Assembly (NCBI GenBank): GCA_951406725.2
Contig: OX597821.1
Location: 4,216,001-4,280,000, forward strand
Origin: Octopus vulgaris
Taxonomy: Eukaryota
Direction: 5' to 3'
DNA: 64,000 nucleotides
A program made the position numbers and the translations under genes. The notes under the pieces were generated by a model. The model saw nothing but the letters and a program-made list of their open reading frames with translations, had not been told where the DNA came from and searched no databases. This document shows positions 55,691 to 64,000 of the stretch, piece after piece; position 1 is the stretch's first letter, and every line of letters starts with the position of its first letter.

Positions 55691-56726
55691 TCTCTATATA
55701 TATAAAACAGAGAATGTGTGTCTGTCTGTCTGTCTGTGTGTTACCCTAAAACCTGAGAACTACACAACCAATTTCATTCAAATTTTAAACATGCCTTATT
55801 GAGGCTCCATGTAGTTTCATGGGCAAAATAAATGTTCAACTTCTTGCCTAGAGCGAGCCCATAGCAATATCATATCTTCTCCACTATTTCACTATTACGT
55901 GTTAAACTTGAAACAAAAGCATTCCTCTATTTTATGTCAGATACTTTCACTTTAACAATAAAAATAATAATAACAATTGAATTATATGTAGTAAGTAATA
56001 AATAAAATCAGACTAAAGTATAATATAATCGTAACAAAACAAAAGTAAAAATAGTAATTGGTATAACATTACATCAATGACTTGAACTTGAATAAGTGGT
56101 TTCACATGAATGAGAATAAATTAAAAATAAAATCAGCGTTCCGAAATGGAATAGTCCAGATGGATAATAAAAAATTAAATTAAAGAAAAAGACTATTATC
56201 TATAAAGTATACAATGTAGAGAAAAAAGAGGATTTGAACACCTGGAGGAAAGCACCACCGAAAAGTGTCTTGGTGCGACTATGAAAGATATCTAACCATA
56301 GGCGGTAAATTCGCCACAATAGATGCATGGTTCGAGTCAACGGAGCGCGCAAGGGAGTACTCGAGTCGAAATTGCAAAGTGGAAATATTTTATTTTTACC
56401 TTTATATCTGGGACATAGGACGTGCCGGCTAAAAATTAAAAATGCCCCCCGCCCAAGAGTTTAGGTAGGCTGGATTGTAGCCACACTTCGATACAAGAGG
56501 GAGGACAAGATACAATTGATCGAAATTGCAAGAGACGGGCTTACAATTCCAGTCTGTTATATATTTTGAGTATTGTTATCACTATTGATATCAAGATATA
56601 ACTTTGTATTTTGTATTTTATGTGTAGATGTATATATATAGATGTACATGTAATATGTACACATATATATACACATATATACATGCACTAGCACTATGAC
56701 CCGGCAACGAGGGGTCATAATGCTAG
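55691..56726 (+). mobile_element. Non-autonomous Helitron-like element
   Basis: a|TCtctatatatataaaa start, (GTCT)n tract, aactacacaaccaatttcattcaaatttt motif; hairpin ending CTAG|t at 56726. That both ends belong to one element is inferred. Confidence 0.6.
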
Positions 56727-56734
56727 TATATTTT

Positions 56735-56804
<70 letters not shown>

Positions 56805-56806
<2 letters not shown>

Positions 56807-57000
56807 CAAATGAAAACATGAACAAGCAAGAAAAAAACAACGCTAGGACGGCGACATTGGACACTCACGCGAGGAAAGAAAAAGAAGAGGATTTCATGTT
56901 TCGAACGGAGCTCTTCATCAGAAATATAGAAAACGTCCATAGAAGGGAAGGAGGGGAGACGGAGAAGGAAAATCGTCTACGATACACACACAGTCACATA
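56805..57000 (-). mobile_element. Short hammerhead-bearing element (diverged)
   Basis: Minus strand 56891-56925: atttCTGATGAagagctccgttcGAAAcatgaaat. Confidence 0.78.
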
Positions 57001-57019
57001 TATATTACATGTGTATATG

Positions 57020-57073
<54 letters not shown>

Positions 57074-57767
57074 CACTTATGTATGTATATATACACTTAT
57101 GTATGTATATATACACTCACGTAGAGAAGCAGTGATTAATAGTTAGAAAGACCGAAACACAGACTGACACGTAGGTACAGAAGAAGATCGTTGTCCATTG
57201 TTGTATGTATTACAAATACTGTTCCTATCACGCATATATAAGCAATCTCAATCGCTAATATACAAAATTGAAACACGTAGGGGAGCCGACGGCGGAAGAT
57301 AATGAAAGACCCCACCACCCATAAAAAAGTTGTAGATGAAATAACGGGAAATACATTACAATGGAAGATACCCATTCTGTTAATTACACCAAAAAATAAT
57401 AGTTAAATATCTAGCAGAGAAAAATTTACGCATATATATTTCAATAATGCCAGTTTTTTACTATAAATTTAAGTATATTAATGTATTGTTGTAAACAAAT
57501 ATCGCCAGCATTTTCATCTCATAACGTAGAAAAAAGTGAGCCTAGCGATTGTCGATTGCATTTTATGTTTACTACAAATGGAATGAAGTTAAAAATATAC
57601 CTTATTATACATATACATATCATCTCTTAAGCTACTGACTCATAACCTATGGACGGAAGAGGAAGGCACATCACATATGTTCCTTTTTTCTCAGGAAATT
57701 TGCAAACGCTTCAACTTAAGTATAATATATATATATATATATATAGGCGAGAGGGGAAGGGAGAGAG

Positions 57768-57943
<176 letters not shown>

Positions 57944-58390
57944 CTATATTTCGGAATGGTCATTTTGCCAGTTTAGCCAATAAAAACACACGCACTATAT
58001 ATTTGGTGTTATTTTGCTTCAGTGTTATATATTTTTTACATTAATCTTAATCTTATTTCGGCCAGAGCTCTTTCGTTACACTCCTGTGACCTCATCGGTG
58101 GTCTTTTGTTTTCTTCTTTCTTATTTGTGTCTCTCCTTACTAACAGTCAGTCAGTTTGTATTTCTACTGTATGTCGTCATTTGCGCATGCTTACATTTCT
58201 ATGTGCGTCTATGTATATTTAGTGTGTGTGGGGGGATGCCTGTAATATTTGTATATTCTGTTTATATACGTTCATGTAATTTGTTTTTTATGTTGTTGTT
58301 TTTGTTTATTCTTATTTTGTTCATGTGTTTACATCCACTTATTATTATCATTACGTATGCTTGTATGTATGTATAACAACAATACTGGTC

Positions 58391-58444
<54 letters not shown>

Positions 58445-58574
58445 CGAAAAAAATAATATTTTAAATTTAAAAAATACTTATATAGTTATTTATTTCTATG
58501 TGTTTATTTATCTGTGTATTTTATTTATTATGTGTTCGGCTTTGTTTATATTGTAACCGTTTTATTGGGATCCT

Positions 58575-59485
58575 CTACCGCCATATATCGTTGTGTGTGC
58601 TAGTGTTCCATTCCTGTTTCCTATTCAGGCTAGGTTTATCTTCTATTATGTGTGTAGCTTCTGTAATTTGTCTGATTGTTGCATTTGTTCTATGTGTGGA
58701 CAAGATTTTAATATCTATGTTGCTGATTGATCCCCCGTGTTCCTGTTCGGTGTGTTGGTACAGAATCGATGAGCTTTTACCTTCCTTGAGTTCTCTCCAA
58801 TGTCATTTACCCGCTCTACTATGCTTCTTGCCGTTTCCCCTACGGATGTCGTTGTCTTGTTACTGCATCGTCCCTCTATACATTTTATACTATGGACTAC
58901 ATTTCTGGCTTTACAGTTTGTTTGTGGGCTAAATCTACATACAGTACAGTACTTATCCGTACAGTGGGTTCTACCGATTATAGATTTGATAGGGTTGCCT
59001 GGCTTTTCAACAACCTTAATCTTTAGCTTAAGCTTGTCTCGGGTCCTTCTAAAGCGGTACGCCGGTTCACCTCCAGGTGTGGTGTCAATGAACATGTCAC
59101 TCTGGTATTTATGGCTATCATACCACGAGTTGGCCTTCCCTATTTTCTTTTTTGTCCTTTCTATAGTGTTCCATGACTTGTTCCTATAGAGTCGGCAAAT
59201 CCCATTCCTATCATTACATAATATATTATCGAATTTCTTCATGGTTCCTTTGTATACTCTGATCCTTTCTTTATAGCTGTAACCTGAGAACTGCATGCGG
59301 TAAATGAAATATTGTATGTGTCTCGTTAACTCTGCAGGCTCGCACATGCGTGACACATTTCTCATTATTCTTACGATGTGTGCCATCAAAATATTGAATT
59401 TGGCATTGTCCGCAATGGCTGAGTTCCAGTGGATCAAGTATTTTGAGGCCATAGGTTTGGCATAGTACGAATGAAGGATTTGGGT
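58575..59485 (-). pseudogene. Penelope-like ORF C-terminal half (RT thumb, Cys linker, GIY-YIG), frameshift ~58805; resembles the Naiad group
   Basis: ILHSYYAKPMASKYLIHWNSA...RMQFSGYS...CTDKYCTVC...NCKARNVVHSIKC...SVGETARSIVER, continuing HWRELK...RQITEATHI...PSLNRKQEW. Confidence 0.87.
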
Positions 59486-59513
59486 TTACCGCGGTAAGAA
59501 AGAAGAAAACAAA

Positions 59514-59558
59514 GGACCACTGATGCGGTCACAGGAGTGTGACGAAATAACTCTGGCC
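59514..59558 (+). ncRNA. Minimal hammerhead-like motif in pLTR (also 58060-58104 and 19949-19993, minus)
   Basis: CCA-CUGAUG(C/A)-G-GUCAC-aggagu-GUGAC-GAAA...CUC-UGG; each copy has one core substitution. Confidence 0.55.
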
Positions 59559-59819
59559 GAAATCAGATTAAGAGTAATGTAAAAAATAAATAACACTGAA
59601 GCAAAATAACACCAAATATATAGTGCGTGTGTTTTTATTGGCTAAACTGTCAAAATGACCATTCCGAAATATAACAATATCTGCTTCAACACACGACTTC
59701 ACGTAAAACATCTTGCACAACAAATATATATATATATATGTATAGGCGAGAGGGGAAGGGAGAGAGAAATATATATATATATATTAACTTATATATATAT
59801 ATATAATTATATATACGTG

Positions 59820-60066
59820 CAGGCTTGGCTGTGTAAGAATATTGCTTCCCAGTTACGTGGTTCCGGTTCAGTCCCACTGTGTGGAACCTTGGGCACGTGT
59901 CTACTATTATAGCCTCGGGCCGACCGAAGGCTTCTGAGTGGATTTCATAGACGCAAACTGGAAGAAGCTAGTCGTATATATTTATGTATATGTCTGTGTG
60001 CCTGGAATTTTTGCACCAGCACCCTCTCTTGACAACCGGTGTTGGTGTGTCTATATCCACGTAACA
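59820..60066 (+). mobile_element. SINE family B, 5' two-thirds, diverged
   Basis: ggttcagtcccactgtgtggaaccttgggcacgtgtctactattatagcctcgggccgacc matches the reverse complement of 54010-54260. Confidence 0.88.
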
Positions 60067-60071
60067 ATATA

Positions 60072-60300
60072 CAGGGTGATTCAAAACTCTCCATTCATAG
60101 GAAAAAAAAAATTTTTATACGAAAGAGTATATAAGATCCCCTAGTCCCCATGATCTGTCTCCTCTTCATTTCTATCTTCGGGAGCATTTGAGAGGCATGG
60201 TTTACCGCGGCAGGATAAAGACGTAAATGATTTGAAGGAACGCATCACCAACACATTTGCACACTTATCACCAGACGTGCTATTACGAGTTCACATTGAG
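60072..60300 (+). mobile_element. Tc1/mariner internally deleted relic
   Basis: ta|cagggtg terminus; degenerate transposase C-terminus (DLSPLHFYLREHLRGMVYR...DVNDLKERITN). Confidence 0.7.
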
Positions 60301-60743
60301 TAGGGGTAAACGTATTGCAATACCTATCCAATAGAACTATAATCCTGTAGAGCCTGTTAAATAAAAAAAAAATTGTAAGCTGTCTCTTATGACAAGATAA
60401 AGTGTTCCTATGTATGGCGACTTTGAGTCGCTGAACTAGTCCTTCCTGCGAAGGAATTAAATAAGAATCCTTCGCAGAGGGGCAAAAACAAGGAAAAAAA
60501 TTTTTTTTGACAAAAACAGGACGTAAAAACAATACAATTAAACAAATACAAAATAAAAATACAGTTACAAAAAAATACAGTACAAGAAGGAATAAAAACA
60601 GGACAGGAAAACAAACAATAAGTGCCTTTAGGCCTAGACGAGGGAACATTTTTCACGAGCGTAGAAGAAACATGTTTACTTGAAGAAGGCCGCCAACGAA
60701 AGGAAGTATATTATATATATATATACATATATATACATATATA

Positions 60744-60836
60744 TAGTTAATCCCCAAAAGAAAGCACAAAAAACACAACAACGCGGGGACGTGGAACAAA
60801 TATAGTATTATTGGACGCTCTGGAAAGAAGGAAAGA

Positions 60837-60841
<5 letters not shown>
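60744..60841 (-). mobile_element. Truncated copy of the short hammerhead family (core missing)
   Basis: agttaatcc...caacgcggggacgtggaacaaatatagtattattggacgctc matches 55484-55570. Confidence 0.85.
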
Positions 60842-60881
<40 letters not shown>

Positions 60882-60914
60882 GCATATGTATATATATACT
60901 CTTATTTTTTAAAT

Positions 60915-61083
60915 CTTTTTTACTTGTTTCAGTCATTTGACTGCGGCCATGCTGGACCACCGCCTTTAATCGAGCAACTCGACCCCGGAACTTATTCTTT
61001 TGTAAGCCCAGTACTTATTCTATAGGTCTCTTTTGCCGAACCGCTAAGTAACGGGGACATAAACACACCAGTATCGGTTGTCA
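60915..61083 (-). mobile_element. SINE family B, 3' part
   Basis: Matches 53875-54040. Confidence 0.92.
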
Positions 61084-61108
61084 TATATATATACATATAT
61101 ATACATAC

Positions 61109-61149
<41 letters not shown>

Positions 61150-61194
61150 TACATATATATATACATATATATACATATATATACATAGATATAC

Positions 61195-61258
<64 letters not shown>

Positions 61259-61287
61259 GTATATATATATGTATATATATACATATG

Positions 61288-61321
<34 letters not shown>

Positions 61322-61439
61322 TATATATATGCATATATATGTATATATATATGTATATATATATGTGTGTATATACATATATATATATACATATGTATAT
61401 ATACATATATTTGAGTGTGCCTCTTTGTGTGCGCCCATG

Positions 61440-61476
<37 letters not shown>

Positions 61477-62054
61477 TTTGTATGTGCGCGTATTTGTACG
61501 TGTGTAGTTGTATGAGTGCATTTTAGATCTAAATCACTGAATTAGTAATTTTGCTTAATGTCATTAACAGAGAGGAAGAAAACAAACGTGAAAGGGAGAT
61601 GGAATGGATTCTGACAGATTACCTGCTACACAGGAATACCTGTAAAATTTAATCAAGGAAAAACACGGTAGATAAATACTTTTAAATTCTTAATCTAGTT
61701 GTTATCTTAGAGCATATGTTTACAATTTTCATCTCAGAAATATGCGACAAATATTACTCTAAGTTTGATAATTATCATACTAGACAATAACCTACGAGAT
61801 TTATTCATTATGTCCCTGGTGCTTAAAAGGTAATGATCCCATGTGTTTCATAATGTAATTAATCATCTTATTAAAGATACGGTACGTTAGATCACTTTGT
61901 CTAAGAACTGTTTGAAACAACCATACTGCTACCGAACGATGGGAATCATTCGAAGGGACATCAGTTATCTTTGAACTAAAATTAAGCAATAGCGTAACCA
62001 ATAATAACTTTTTCCACTGTAGGCACAAGGCATTTTAATCTTTAGTTAAGGGGG

Positions 62055-62206
62055 CTAGTTGATTACATCTGCCCCAGTGCGTTACTGGTATTATTTCATC
62101 AACCCCGAAAGGATAAACGGTTTGGTCAACCTCGGCAGAATTTGAAACCTGTGGGCAGCGACAGACAAAATACTTCCCAGCGTGCTAACGATTCTACCAG
62201 CTCGAT
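62055..62206 (-). mobile_element. Diverged SINE family A relative
   Basis: ccccagtgcgttactggta...accccgaaaggataaa...cctcggcagaatttgaa...gctaacgattctaccagctcg is the reverse complement of the family A layout. Confidence 0.8.
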
Positions 62207-63529
62207 ATCTTAACACACCCATTAATAATACACAGTTTCTGGTTGAGAACACACGAAAATTGGCAATGGTTATTTGATCGACAACACCGCCAAATAATTC
62301 CTTATAAACTTGATTTCGGTAAAATAAGGTAAAATATCTGAAATATATTAGATAAACCGTTTTCGCTTGTAGCCAAGTTTCCTGGTTTAGATGTTAATAG
62401 TGTGGCATGCATGGTTGTACGATTGTGATTTCGATTCATGGGACAGACGATCCGTTGTATTCTTGAACAAATCACTTTGAGTCCACTTACTTGGCAAATC
62501 GAACAATCCTACTTTCGTCTCTCTTTCAGTGAGACGGGGAATATATATGCCACGGAGTACGGGGAAATCTAATATATGAGACCTAATATATAGCTTGGGA
62601 AGAATCTTTCATATCTTTTTTATTTTTCGTTTATTTGCTATCCATCATACATGACAATGCGAAGCTGGGGATATTCAGTATATCTGTAGTTCATGCTTTG
62701 ATGTCACTAGTATATCTTTTCCTTGGTCTGCCTTGCTTTCTATTGTTCCCTGCAGTATTGTCTTTGCTGGGACGTAGCTTCTTACCAAGGCAGTCCCGTT
62801 TCTTTACCTTTACAATTATCATCACATCCTCGTGTGTTACTATAGACCGAGTCACGAAAAAACCCAGGCTATCTAAAATATAACCCCTTATCAAGTTATA
62901 CAGGGTAGGATACATTAGGTTTTGAAATCTAGGGTAATCAGCACTCTGCAGCAACATTATAGATGCAGAAAGATAAAAAACATTGAATCAGAAATCACTA
63001 CAATTATCGTTGAACATAAGTTTAAAAATAACACAACCAAAATATACCCCAAAGATTCTGGCCCAAAATAAGATAATATTCAATCTATTGAAGCACCCAG
63101 GAGTTGATCATAAATTTGGTTTCAGTAAAATATAAAAACACTTCTTTAGAATAAAATGAGATGTAACACTTCTTTTATTACCTGTGTTATACTGATATAG
63201 TCAGCAAATACGAAATACCGAAAAGAATAAGACGGTATGTATCTTCGTAGCATTTGCACTTCTTCATCTTCACAGGAATCCTAGGCAACGGTGCAGAAGT
63301 AACAGAACATCATATCTTGCGTTAGTTTCCGTTTATCGACGCCTTCCAGAAATATGTGTCTTTACTCACATACAAAAGTTTGCCTGTATATGCTTAATAA
63401 AATTTGCATGCTGATGCAAGTTTGATAACTGTTAAAAGTTTATGTTACAAACATACATAGGCAAGTGCATTTTGCGATCAGCTCTCCAGCCCATCCGAAG
63501 TACATATGCGTGTACGCCTAAGTATTTGT

Positions 63530-63554
63530 GTGTTTATGTGTATGCACACACACA

Positions 63555-63601
<47 letters not shown>

Positions 63602-63780
63602 ATGCAAATAGATAGATATAAATACTAGAGTGTGTGTGCTTTGGTGCGCGCGCTTGTGTATCCATATACCCATCTATCTGTCTATCTATCTATCCATATA
63701 TATATATACATATATAAATATACATATATATATGCACACATATATATATATGTATATATATGTATATATATATATATGTT

Positions 63781-63839
<59 letters not shown>

Positions 63840-63880
63840 GTATATATATATACATGTATATATATACATGTATACATATA

Positions 63881-63925
<45 letters not shown>

Positions 63926-64000
63926 GTATATATATCCGTATATCTATGTTTGTGTGTGTATGTGTGTGTATAGTTACATAAATACATGCATATGAGCACA
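63530..64000. repeat. (TA)n/(TG)n array
   Basis: Visible. Confidence 0.96.

Noticed and set aside
60245-60656. Hydrophobic 134-aa minus ORF resembling a membrane protein
   Set aside because: Arises from a low-complexity T-rich strand; no homology evidence.

Overview
AT-rich, repeat-dense eukaryotic (metazoan) DNA with no bacterial-style genes. The SINE/LINE content and huge (TA)n/(TG)n/(GATA)n arrays suggest a cephalopod (octopus-like) intron or intergenic region; this is an inference. Nearly all Y/I/C/M-rich ORFs are translated microsatellite. Real content: one near-intact CR1-type LINE (CCCH zinc-finger ORF1; APE endonuclease + RT ORF2 broken by one frameshift, 15418-19154, minus) and seven decayed CR1 copies; RTE- and HERO-like LINE fragments; two Penelope-like (GIY-YIG) insertions with hammerhead motifs; a separate ~200-280 bp non-coding family with a minimal hammerhead ribozyme (retrozyme-like); three tRNA-SINE families; mariner/Tc1, hAT and Helitron-like relics. 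One plausible host exon (~40236-40406) lies in a perfect 189-bp tandem duplication. Most notable: the hammerhead mini-elements, a covarying 3' stem-loop shared by CR1 and a SINE, and repeated signs that (TA)n arrays are inserted, duplicated and folded back. Boundaries of decayed elements are approximate and family names come from motif recognition, not database searches.
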